Part shown: positions 46,790-56,264 of the stretch, in pieces
Layout: the number at the start of each line of letters is the position of its first letter
Position numbering within the stretch: the first letter of the stretch is position 1
Virus record (IMG/VR): IMGVR_UViG_3300027749_002876
Coordinates: 124,001 to 188,000 of that record
Reading direction: 5' to 3' (one strand)
DNA length: 64,000 bases
The notes under the pieces: generated by a model
Databases searched by the model: none
What the model saw: only the letters and a program-made list of their open reading frames with translations
Told to the model about the DNA's origin: nothing
Position numbers and translations under genes: made by a program

Positions 46790-47644
46790 TTAAAACGTTA
46801 TTGACCCGGAACCAACTGTGGTCCACTTGTACACTCTGTAGCCGCCGGCTACTGTAATGTTGGGTGATCCTGTTGTGGCTGTAGCGGCTGCATATGAGTC
46901 AGGGTAGCGAATGACAACAATGCCTGAACCACCATTCCATCCAACACTAACTGCATTGGAAGACCTGGAACCACCACCACCATTTCCTGAGTTTGCCGGA
47001 GCATCAGCACTAACTGTGCTTGAATAGTAGGCCTGACCTCCAGCCGCATACACTACAGATGAACCGGTTATAGATGATGCTAAACCTGCACCACCTAAAG
47101 CTCCATAAGGAGGAGAAGCACCAGTATCATAATTACTAGCACTTGCTCCTACAGCTCCGGCACCACCACCACCGGCTCCTACCCAACCATAATAAGAACT
47201 AGCAGTTGCACTTCCACCAGCATTTCCCTGTCCAGATGTTGCTGTACCACCAGTTGCAGTTCCTGTATATCCAGAGCCAAGTGAACCGCCTCCTCCAGAA
47301 CCTCCATCTAATCCATTAGTAAGTGCATAACCACCGCCGCCTCCGCCGCCACCAATTGATGTAATTGAACCAAATACAGAGTTGCTACCGCTTGTTGCAC
47401 TAGCTGATCCTTGTGTTCCGGCCGTGCCACCGGTGCCAACTGTGACTGCGATGGGTATGCCTGATGCAACTGCAAATCCAGTCGCTGTTCTAAAACCACC
47501 GGCACCGCCGCCACCTCCAGACCCACCACCACCACCACCAACTACTAGATATTCCACTGTGGGGGTGGTTGAGCCGCCACCTCCGGGTGCAAATGTTAAT
47601 CCGCCACCACTAAATGTTATTCCACCTGTTACTGTTATTGTCAT
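46790..47644 (-). CDS. glycine-rich virion-associated protein
   Basis: VEYLVVGGGGGG...GGSGIVVIRYP. Confidence 0.75.
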   Translation of the reverse strand: MTITVTGGITFSGGGLTFAPGGGGSTTPTVEYLVVGGGGGGSGGGGGAGGFRTATGFAVASGIPIAVTVGTGGTAGTQGSASATSGSNSVFGSITSIGGGGGGGGYALTNGLDGGSGGGGSLGSGYTGTATGGTATSGQGNAGGSATASSYYGWVGAGGGGAGAVGASASNYDTGASPPYGALGGAGLASSITGSSVVYAAGGQAYYSSTVSADAPANSGNGGGGSRSSNAVSVGWNGGSGIVVIRYPDSYAAATATTGSPNITVAGGYRVYKWTTVGSGSITF

Positions 47645-47670
47645 ATAAGTAATCCTTTATTTTATTTATC

Positions 47671-47696
47671 AAAAAAAGGCTCATAAGAGCCTCTTT
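47671..47696 (-). terminator. probable intrinsic terminator
   Basis: AGGCTC-TTAT-GAGCCT-TTTTTT on the minus strand. Confidence 0.65.
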
Positions 47697-47713
47697 GTAT
47701 ACAAAAAACTATA

Positions 47714-48379
47714 TTACTTTGCTCTTTTTATTTTCTTCTTAGGTGTAGCTGTTTCTAATTCTTTGACTGGTTCTGCTGGTATTGATTGATTGGCAATAGC
47801 AGTCATAATATGTTTTTGTTCTAATAATTCAGTACCTTGTGGCACTAATCCAACCAACTGCAATGATTGTAATGATTCTGGATTACTCATAGCGTTTAGT
47901 AGTTTAGCTGGGCTAGGTCTGCCATTGGCAATGATCTCTGCTTGTAGTTCACGACCAATCGTTACTGTAAACTCATAGTTAGCATTAGCTTCAAACATTT
48001 CGTCATCGGTATACGCGGTACCATCTGGATGCGTTAATCTAGTTGGTTCTACTTCAGCATATAGTTCAGTCATTAACTTCTCTAGTATTTTAATCTCTTT
48101 ACGATTGAGTTCAAAAGCATGAGCCTGGTCATCCAAATGTGATTCTAACTCAATGATTTCTGCTTGTAGATTAAGCATAATATGCGGTAGTGCTGGAACT
48201 GTTTTTAGATGTTTGAGTTCTTCAAGTTTAGCTTGATATTTTAAGTCAGCCACTGTTTCTAATACCGCGGCACGTTTGCGTCCCACCAAGAAGCCTTGAA
48301 GTGTTTTGAGTTTTTCCCAGGGTGTTGAACCGATAACTTGGTAACGATAGTTAAATTCTGAATTTAGATTTGAAGCCAT
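47714..48379 (-). CDS. hypothetical coiled-coil protein
   Basis: NSEFNYRYQVIGSTPWEK; helical. Confidence 0.7.
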   Translation of the reverse strand: MASNLNSEFNYRYQVIGSTPWEKLKTLQGFLVGRKRAAVLETVADLKYQAKLEELKHLKTVPALPHIMLNLQAEIIELESHLDDQAHAFELNRKEIKILEKLMTELYAEVEPTRLTHPDGTAYTDDEMFEANANYEFTVTIGRELQAEIIANGRPSPAKLLNAMSNPESLQSLQLVGLVPQGTELLEQKHIMTAIANQSIPAEPVKELETATPKKKIKRAK

Positions 48380-48456
48380 TATATCTCTCTATAAGTTGTG
48401 TATAGAGATATTTAATAGATTTTTTGTGTGAGTAAAAATTTTATGTTTAAAATTCC

Positions 48457-50469
48457 TTAATAAGTTGGTAACGCCGCTGTGGGTGGCGTGAAGTTGGCGG
48501 TGTATCTGGCGTATCCCTTGGTGATGCGGAGATCGTCAATGTAGCCATTGAATGCAAATGGATCAAATGCAGTAGCAACGTATTTGAAAGGCACTGTATA
48601 ATTTGTAGAATTAGAACCAGTACTAACCGAAGTTCCGTTTATGTATAATTTCATTGTGCCACTTGACCTTACAACTGCTACGTGATTCCAAGTACTTTGA
48701 GTAACAGTTCCAGTGACTACATTTGTTGTATTGTCTTTCCATCCAATCTGATTTGCAGTACCTGTGTAACCAAAATAAACTAATCCGGTGCCATCTCCGC
48801 TTGTTCTTGAATCTAATAGACCAGCATATGTTGAACCATATGTTAAATTTGGATACATCCACATTTCTACAGTGAAATCTCCAGAACCCAATGGTAGTGT
48901 TGTACTAACAGGTAATAATAACCAATCACCTGAGCCATCAAACGCCATACTTGAACCGCCAAACTTGCTTTGTGCAGTGGATATTTTGGCATCGCCCACT
49001 GTTTCTAATTCGGTAATCATTGCATTGTCAATGATACCAGCGTTGGTGTAGTTGAGTAGTAGGCTTGTGTTTGTGATTGCTGTTAGTGGTGATGTGGGTA
49101 CGGTTACAGTGGTAACACCCGAACCTTTAACTATGCGAAGGTCTTCTATGTATGCTTTTGCATAAACAGGAGCACCGTCATTTGATGCACCAATCAACAA
49201 GGTGCCACTTGTATCGATATTTGCAGTAACAGAAGTTGGTGTCATTGCTGATACACCATTGATAAATTGATACAATGTTCCGCTAACTCGGCTAGTAACT
49301 ACATGAGTCCAGGTATTCAATGGAAAAGTTGAAGTGGTAATATAATTTGTGCCGGTATAAAAATTAAGTTTTCCGGCAGTATCCGTGTACCAAACCCAGG
49401 GAGCAACAGATCCAGTAGTAGTTCGTTTATCAAGTATTCCACTATTACCAGAAAAACTAGTTATATAAATCCACGCTTCTATTGTAAAATCACCAGTACC
49501 TAAATTTAGGGCAGCATTATTGGCCACACTCAAATAATCCCCTGAGCCGTCAAAGTATCCTGACCCACCGATTGTGCTGGCACTGTATGCGGCTGTGGGT
49601 TCGAATGGTGAGAATCGTTGTACAGTTGGTGAACCTGTTAGTGTAATGGCAAAAGTGTTTGCGGAGTTGTCAATGAATCTATTGCTTTGACAGGTTAATA
49701 ATCTTGTACCCGATATAGCAGTCAATGGAGTTGTGCTTGGAGTAAATGCTGATGAATAAACAACTGTATTTGTCAACCGGTAATTAGAAATGTAGCCAGA
49801 AAAATATGTTGGTTGATTGCCTTCAACACCAATATTGTCATTTTGGTTAAGACCAGCGGCTGCTACACCAGTATAAGTTGCAGAAGTTGTACTTAATACC
49901 CCGTTGACATAAATTTTAATTGTAGTGCCATTAATTGTAGCCGCAATATGAGTCCATGTATTAAGTGGAACATCACTTGTAGACGCAGAATCTACATTTT
50001 TATATCCCCCGTCATACCAGTAAAATCTAACAGCTCCATTACGAATACCAAAATTAAAGTATGTTGCACCTTTAGCCTGAACGGGAGAAAACATCCAAGC
50101 AGATGCACCTGTGTTATATGCTGTTGGATACACCCATGCTTCAAATGTGGCAGTTATACCAGTAGCTGAACCTGTACAAAGAAAGTTTGATGCAGTTGTT
50201 CCTGCGGTTAAATAACTGCTACCTGTAAAGAAATTACTCCAATTACTTCCATAAGGACTAAACGTGCCTTGTGTTGTATTACCGTTGCGAGTTATTGCAA
50301 AGTTGTTTGTACTACCATCTAAAAATGTATTGTTCTGTGCAAGATTTGTACCATTCCCTGGTAACAACAATGAGTTGTACATAAAGTATGGGTCGTTTGC
50401 GGCAGCTCCCGAAGGTGCAAACGTCAATCCACCACTAAATGTTATACCTCCGGTTACTGTTACTGTCAT
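48457..50469 (-). CDS. protein with three LamG/concanavalin A-like domains (receptor-binding/appendage)
   Basis: Three copies of (FT/TF)xExWxY...W(T/N)H...(Y/F)(V/I)NG...YI. Confidence 0.85.
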   Translation of the reverse strand: MTVTVTGGITFSGGLTFAPSGAAANDPYFMYNSLLLPGNGTNLAQNNTFLDGSTNNFAITRNGNTTQGTFSPYGSNWSNFFTGSSYLTAGTTASNFLCTGSATGITATFEAWVYPTAYNTGASAWMFSPVQAKGATYFNFGIRNGAVRFYWYDGGYKNVDSASTSDVPLNTWTHIAATINGTTIKIYVNGVLSTTSATYTGVAAAGLNQNDNIGVEGNQPTYFSGYISNYRLTNTVVYSSAFTPSTTPLTAISGTRLLTCQSNRFIDNSANTFAITLTGSPTVQRFSPFEPTAAYSASTIGGSGYFDGSGDYLSVANNAALNLGTGDFTIEAWIYITSFSGNSGILDKRTTTGSVAPWVWYTDTAGKLNFYTGTNYITTSTFPLNTWTHVVTSRVSGTLYQFINGVSAMTPTSVTANIDTSGTLLIGASNDGAPVYAKAYIEDLRIVKGSGVTTVTVPTSPLTAITNTSLLLNYTNAGIIDNAMITELETVGDAKISTAQSKFGGSSMAFDGSGDWLLLPVSTTLPLGSGDFTVEMWMYPNLTYGSTYAGLLDSRTSGDGTGLVYFGYTGTANQIGWKDNTTNVVTGTVTQSTWNHVAVVRSSGTMKLYINGTSVSTGSNSTNYTVPFKYVATAFDPFAFNGYIDDLRITKGYARYTANFTPPTAALPTY

Positions 50470-50478
50470 AATATTCCT

Positions 50479-50916
50479 TTATTCACGGTTCTTTAATATA
50501 CTACGCAACATCCAACTATGTTTTTCGTGTGCGTCTAGTCGTTCAGCAATGAAGTTTGCGATACCTTGTTTGTTCTCATCTTCAGCAGAAACAAAACAAC
50601 CATTTAGTAAATCAATCATCTTTTCATTATCAGATAATAACTCAGCAAACATTAAGTGTGGACGAGGAACTTTAAGTTGGTCCTCAATGATAGTTAGTTC
50701 TGCATAACGTGACAAACTACCCGGTGCATAGCTATCTAGTGTGCGAATATACTCTCCAATCGGGTCAATGGAATTATACACCTCAGCATAAAAATCACCT
50801 AAAAACTTGTGGTATTGCGGGAAGTTATCACCCTCTATATTAAAATGAAAACCATGTATTTTTACATAAAATGCAAAAGTACTACCTAACAATACCTTAA
50901 GATTATCTACTAACAT
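50479..50916 (-). CDS. dps: Dps/ferritin-like DNA protection protein
   Basis: HGFHFNIEG.NF.QYH, D.IGE.IR, HEKHSWML. Confidence 0.9.
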   Translation of the reverse strand: MLVDNLKVLLGSTFAFYVKIHGFHFNIEGDNFPQYHKFLGDFYAEVYNSIDPIGEYIRTLDSYAPGSLSRYAELTIIEDQLKVPRPHLMFAELLSDNEKMIDLLNGCFVSAEDENKQGIANFIAERLDAHEKHSWMLRSILKNRE

Positions 50917-51023
50917 TTGAAATTCCTTATATAACTATATTTATCTATTTTAGCATAAATAAAAGTGAGGATCGCGGTACTGGAAATACCCACCCTCTCT
51001 AATGCTAAAAAGGAGCAATCAGC

Positions 51024-51620
51024 TTGACTATTTATTCAACTTCGGACCATCGTAAGATTTACGAAACACACATTGGTCCAATTCCAAAAGACATAGAAGG
51101 TCGTAGTTATGAAATTCATCATATTGACGGAAATCACAATAACAATGAATTGTCAAATTTATTGTGTGTTTCTATTAGAGAACACTATGAAATACATAAA
51201 TCTCAGGGAGACCTTAAGGCTTGTTTAATTATGTCTCAAAGAATGGGTGTTTCCCCTGAAGAAAAATCACACCTAGCAAAATTATCAAATACAGGAAAAA
51301 ATAATCCAATGTATGGTACTATTTGGATTAACGACGGAATTATTAATAAGAAAATTCGCGGAGATATACCCGAAGGCTGGGCACGAGGCAGATTAATATC
51401 ACACGAACACGCTTCAAAATTTACAAAACGATCCAAAGTTGGTACTAATAACACTAGATTTAATAAGACAATTTATTGTTTTGAGAATATTAAAACACTA
51501 GAACAAATTCATAGTACATCATATGAGTTTGCTATTAAGTATGGAGTTAGCACTGTTGGAATAAGAGGTCTCATTCAAAAAAACAAGACCTCTTATAAGG
51601 GTTGGCGAATGGTTTTTTGA
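51024..51620 (+). CDS. HNH homing endonuclease
   Basis: YEIHHIDGNHNNN..NL...EHYEIH; NUMOD-like GKNNPMYG; opposite strand to neighbours. Confidence 0.85.
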   Translation: MTIYSTSDHRKIYETHIGPIPKDIEGRSYEIHHIDGNHNNNELSNLLCVSIREHYEIHKSQGDLKACLIMSQRMGVSPEEKSHLAKLSNTGKNNPMYGTIWINDGIINKKIRGDIPEGWARGRLISHEHASKFTKRSKVGTNNTRFNKTIYCFENIKTLEQIHSTSYEFAIKYGVSTVGIRGLIQKNKTSYKGWRMVF

Positions 51621-54600
51621 TTATTCATTTCTAGGCAATACGAATACTCTACCGCCTGCTAAAATAGCCATATAGTTTCCTATGCCACGCTCACCCATTA
51701 CAGCTTGGGGGATAACAATTTGTTGCCCGCCGCGTGGTCTGATGCCACCAGGTTCTAACATAATCATTTTATATTCTTGTCCATCAACTGTAACAGTACC
51801 TGCTTGTCTATCAGCACGTTCTGCACGAACTAATCCTTGACCGGGTATAGTTGCAGTAGATGGTGTTGCCGCCGGAGCTGGATCAGTTGCTTGTTGTGTA
51901 GCAGTGGGTTTCATTCCACCTACTTGATTACCGTCAGCATCATATGTTACACGACCGTGTGCGGCACCTGTACCTAATGCCATTGCACCAGTCAATGCGG
52001 CGGCACCTAATTTTTGTTTCCAACCTTCGTCTACATTTTCATTAGACTTTTTCTTTGTATCAACATTGATAGCTTTACCACTACGATCTGGATTAGGATC
52101 TTCTCTACGCTTACGTTGAGCGGCACTTGCACGACCCTTCTTACCTAAACTATGCGCTTTACTTTGAGGCAAGCATTTTGGTTTACCTTCTCCTGGTTCT
52201 CTAGCACACGGACCTTTAATCTTTCCTTTAGTATCCATGCGAACCCATTTTTCTTTGTTGAACCAATCGTGCAAACTTTCATCTGCTTGTTCAATACCTT
52301 CTAGTATAGAACTTTCATTCTTCTTTCCACCGTTGCCCCAGTTACTTGCACCTTTTTTACGACATTTAACTAATGCCCCAGACGCATAAGCACTTGGCCA
52401 TACTTTATAACGACTCTTTACTTTATAGTAGCAAGCATCTTTCTTTTCGTTCATTAGTTCTTCGCTAACCATTTCACCACCACAGTGTGGGCAACTATGT
52501 TGTGCTTCCGCCACACCTTGCTGACCCGGCACTGTATCAACAATGTTTATCATTTTATCAGGAACTATTTGTACAGGAACATTGCCGTTGTATCCGGCGG
52601 CTTGGTATGCGATAAATCTATGATTCCCATCTATTACAAAAAGTTTACCTTTGTTATTCCAAACAACTAACGGACCTAATTTCCCATTTTGTTTTAGTTG
52701 TGGTAAAAGATTGTTATTGACCCATTGAGCAACCTTTGGATCCTTCATTGACTTACCATTTTCCCACATTTGTAATTTATTAAAAGGTGCTTCAGTTACT
52801 GGCAAACTTTTCTTTATCCTGTCATCAACAGTAGCACCTTTATAAGCAGGATTTGTGTAGATAGTTACTAGTTGCTGTTCCAAGGCTTCCGCCACACCTT
52901 GCTGTCCTAGTAATGATTGCACCCAAGGAATGAACGTGTTAATGATCCAGTCATTGTGCTGTTTGCTTTTGTCCAGTGTGCTGGAATCTGCCACACGACC
53001 GTTTATGGTCACAGGCTTGATATTGTTCACAGCATCTGTAATTTTCTTCTGCACAGCAGGATCAGCATCCTTGATAACTGTTTGCAGTCGGCCAGCGGCT
53101 TCACTTTGTCTGCCTTGCATGGCCAACAATGCCACACGTTGCAGATTGGCAAACACAGGATCGCCTAGGTTGTTGAACGCCTTGGTGATACCAGCGGCGG
53201 TGTTATTTTCTGCCACACCTTCCGCCACACCTTCGTTCTTCACACAGTTGGGATATGTTTTTCCAAACATTTTTTTGTTACCTTCTTTGTGATAACCTTT
53301 CCAACAAGCTTCATCTAAATTTTCATGGTCTCCGTGAGTTTCACACATACCACAATCAGGACAAGTCATCTCCATAACATTGTCAATACTTTCATTGTGC
53401 TTCTTCTTACCTGCACAATGAGCCTTTTGACTAAAGCCTTTAGGATGACTACAGTTGATACTGGATTTATATTTTTGACTCCACTCTTCCTCTACATTTT
53501 CAGGCATCATACCGTGTTTTTTAACGTGTGCATCTAACTCATCACGTTGCTTATTCAATTCCTGTATACGTGCTTTGTCACCCATCTGAATAGCGTGTCT
53601 GAGTTTTTCCTGAATACTATCTGCTAAATCCATATAATCATTCATTCTCATTCTAGTAGGAACACTATCATCTTCATCAATACCTTTTGGTTTAGCATAT
53701 GCGGCTTTGTTAGTCAATAATCTATTCTTAACATATTCTAATGCTTTGTCTAGTTTTCTATTCAACTCAACATAGTTATCTCTTGCACCATCACGTGCTA
53801 ACATACCTGTATCAACACCGGCTTCAATGTTTGGTGTCAATAAGCCTTTCTTATCAAGTCTCTGAACTAAGTTATCTAATATACCTTGTTTCTCAATAGC
53901 TTTGTTTAATTGACCTAATCTAGTTTTTAGGTCAGAATGTTTCTCACCTGGCATCGCTACCATAGGACTAGATGTTGCTCTTTGTCTAAGATTAGGTTCT
54001 CTTGCCGTGAACTTAGCAACTGTGTTTTGTTTAAAATCTTTTTCCCACTGTTCTAACTCAGCCATACGTTGTTGTTCAAGTTGTTGTTTAACTTGTTGTA
54101 ATGCTTGTATAGACTTAGATGTTAGTTCATCACCTAAGCTTTCTGGTAATGGTTTATCTAGTTTCTTTATTGGTGGTCTAGTAGGTGGATGATAAGCTGA
54201 TTTAGCTCTATTCTGTGTTCCTAATATTTTAGGATTGTTTACTCTAGGGTAACCAGTTTTGAATGGGTCAATTGGTTGTTCAGTAGCTTCATCCATACCT
54301 TGCTCTATAACTTCTACGAATTTTTTACCAATAGGATTAATATAAGGTTCTGTAGGGTTGAATGTAGCTAGTTTGTGTGCCAATGTTTCTGCCATATCGC
54401 GGCCAGAAATACCATCAGCAACTATTGCACTGCCGGATCTTTTAATTTGATTTAACACGCTAGCTTGTGGGCTGGCTAACTGTGCCCCGTAGCTGTTGAA
54501 ATCTTTTGGAGGATACTGTTTAGGAAATACAGCACTTAGAGCTTCCCAAATTGCGGCGGCTGCAGGGCCACCTCGTCCAAGTGGCCCATATACTTTGATA

Positions 54601-55142
54601 GCAAAACCATGACTAGGTGGTTTGTTAGTAGCAGGCGCAGTGAATGTTTCTACATCACCTTCAAACTCATTTATTCCCTGGCTGATGCTAGATTTCTTTT
54701 TATCATTATCAAATTGTTTCTTAGTTGCTTTAACAATACCACTAAAACGTTTGTTACCACGCTTATGATTACCTTCACTGTCAGCCTTACTTGCATCAGA
54801 CGCAGCCGCTGTTTTATATTGACTTAACTTGGTGTTAGATAATTCATCTAGTTGAGATTCCGCTACACTGCGACTTACTAATCCAACTTCTAATTCTGGA
54901 CGCTTTGCTAATAGTGATTGTCTTGCTTTTAATGCTTGTTCTTTACTAGCAAACGTAACTGTCTTGCCATCTTTACTCCAAACTTTGCCATTAATCTTTA
55001 ACGCCCATTCTTGTTTAGATGGTTGCTGAACATCTAAATCGTGTCGTTCATCATCTCTTGGACCGCGACTGAAGCCAGTACGATTATCACCATATCTTCT
55101 ATGTGTAGCTTCGTTTAATAAACCTTTAAGAATTTTACTCAT
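51621..55142 (-). CDS. modular head-associated polyprotein including a ParB/Srx-like module
   Basis: Short modules separated by (V/L/I)xE and QQGVAE linkers; PLVV...VIDGNHR. Confidence 0.7.
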   Translation of the reverse strand: MSKILKGLLNEATHRRYGDNRTGFSRGPRDDERHDLDVQQPSKQEWALKINGKVWSKDGKTVTFASKEQALKARQSLLAKRPELEVGLVSRSVAESQLDELSNTKLSQYKTAAASDASKADSEGNHKRGNKRFSGIVKATKKQFDNDKKKSSISQGINEFEGDVETFTAPATNKPPSHGFAIKVYGPLGRGGPAAAAIWEALSAVFPKQYPPKDFNSYGAQLASPQASVLNQIKRSGSAIVADGISGRDMAETLAHKLATFNPTEPYINPIGKKFVEVIEQGMDEATEQPIDPFKTGYPRVNNPKILGTQNRAKSAYHPPTRPPIKKLDKPLPESLGDELTSKSIQALQQVKQQLEQQRMAELEQWEKDFKQNTVAKFTAREPNLRQRATSSPMVAMPGEKHSDLKTRLGQLNKAIEKQGILDNLVQRLDKKGLLTPNIEAGVDTGMLARDGARDNYVELNRKLDKALEYVKNRLLTNKAAYAKPKGIDEDDSVPTRMRMNDYMDLADSIQEKLRHAIQMGDKARIQELNKQRDELDAHVKKHGMMPENVEEEWSQKYKSSINCSHPKGFSQKAHCAGKKKHNESIDNVMEMTCPDCGMCETHGDHENLDEACWKGYHKEGNKKMFGKTYPNCVKNEGVAEGVAENNTAAGITKAFNNLGDPVFANLQRVALLAMQGRQSEAAGRLQTVIKDADPAVQKKITDAVNNIKPVTINGRVADSSTLDKSKQHNDWIINTFIPWVQSLLGQQGVAEALEQQLVTIYTNPAYKGATVDDRIKKSLPVTEAPFNKLQMWENGKSMKDPKVAQWVNNNLLPQLKQNGKLGPLVVWNNKGKLFVIDGNHRFIAYQAAGYNGNVPVQIVPDKMINIVDTVPGQQGVAEAQHSCPHCGGEMVSEELMNEKKDACYYKVKSRYKVWPSAYASGALVKCRKKGASNWGNGGKKNESSILEGIEQADESLHDWFNKEKWVRMDTKGKIKGPCAREPGEGKPKCLPQSKAHSLGKKGRASAAQRKRREDPNPDRSGKAINVDTKKKSNENVDEGWKQKLGAAALTGAMALGTGAAHGRVTYDADGNQVGGMKPTATQQATDPAPAATPSTATIPGQGLVRAERADRQAGTVTVDGQEYKMIMLEPGGIRPRGGQQIVIPQAVMGERGIGNYMAILAGGRVFVLPRNE
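52504..52904. repeat. 20-bp direct repeats GCTTCCGCCACACCTTGCTG (52504-52523, 52885-52904) flanking the ParB-like module
   Basis: Exact match; partial copies at 53211-53233. Confidence 0.85.
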
Positions 55143-55143
55143 A

Positions 55144-56214
55144 TTACTTCTTACCAGTTATTTTATCTACGGCACGGTCAATACCAGCCTGACGTTTTTC
55201 AATCTTGGCATCTTTTTCAAAACGACTTGCAGGTAATTTTGAATTGAAAGCGGAAGTAGCTACTCTAGCACCTTTCTGAAACTGTGTATCACCTTTACGG
55301 TTAGCCATATCACCTGATGCTGATTTTACATAACTACCTAATGCTTTTGGACTTAATTCGTCAAGTTGACTCTCACCCATTTCACCATTGGTCATAGCAC
55401 CAGTAGTACCTAAACTTTCATTAGCACCTTGCTGACCATATGCATCAATCATTTGCCTAATATAGAAATTATAAAAACCACGACGGCTATTGTATTCTCT
55501 ATCTCCTAATACAGTCTTTAGTGCCTTTACAGCATCATTTACATCTGAACCACGCATTATTTTTAATGCATCAGTAACAAGTGAATCAACTCTATCATTG
55601 CCTTCATTCATAGCATCTGGATCAGTTTGCATTTCTTTTGCGCTGATTAAGTAATCCATAACTGTTACCATGTTACTCTTTACAGCACCAATCTTTTCTG
55701 AAACCCATTCTGGGAAGTTATCTCTAGTCGATAGCTCTTTATCTAAATGACTTGCTACACGAACAATAGTATGTAAACTATTTTTTAATGTTTCACCTTC
55801 GTGTTCTGATTTATCAGGATCGTGCTTAACAAAACCAGACTTTTTTAAACGACCTTGACCAGGAACAACTATTAAATCTTGTTCGCTTAAATCAGTTTCA
55901 TTGACTGGTGGTGCGGGTCTTTGTTGAGGCTGCTTATTCATTGAAGCCTTCATTTCTTCTCTACTTTTACCGTATTTCTTTTGAAATTCAGCTGGTTTCA
56001 TATTCTGTAAGTCATATGCTAAATCTTTCATTGCGGCTTCGTTTAAACTGTTAGCAAATGCTTTATTAGTTTTCTTGCCTTTAAGTAGATTACCTACTTT
56101 ATTGCCACCATAAACACTTGGATTACGTGTTTGCATTTTGACAAAACCCATTTCAGTGGGTGCAACTGAACCTGCTGTTGTGCTTGTTTCTTGGATAATT
56201 TGACTGATTTTCAT
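55144..56214 (-). CDS. modular head-associated protein
   Basis: MKISQIIQE N-terminus; ESQLDELS module shared with the neighbouring gene. Confidence 0.65.
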   Translation of the reverse strand: MKISQIIQETSTTAGSVAPTEMGFVKMQTRNPSVYGGNKVGNLLKGKKTNKAFANSLNEAAMKDLAYDLQNMKPAEFQKKYGKSREEMKASMNKQPQQRPAPPVNETDLSEQDLIVVPGQGRLKKSGFVKHDPDKSEHEGETLKNSLHTIVRVASHLDKELSTRDNFPEWVSEKIGAVKSNMVTVMDYLISAKEMQTDPDAMNEGNDRVDSLVTDALKIMRGSDVNDAVKALKTVLGDREYNSRRGFYNFYIRQMIDAYGQQGANESLGTTGAMTNGEMGESQLDELSPKALGSYVKSASGDMANRKGDTQFQKGARVATSAFNSKLPASRFEKDAKIEKRQAGIDRAVDKITGKK

Positions 56215-56264
56215 ATGGAATCCCGTTTGATATAGTATTTATCAAAATACCATATTAACGAAAC

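Noticed and set aside
46790-50469. Diversity-generating retroelement targeting receptor-binding proteins
   Set aside because: No reverse transcriptase and no adenine-variable TR/VR pair seen in the window.
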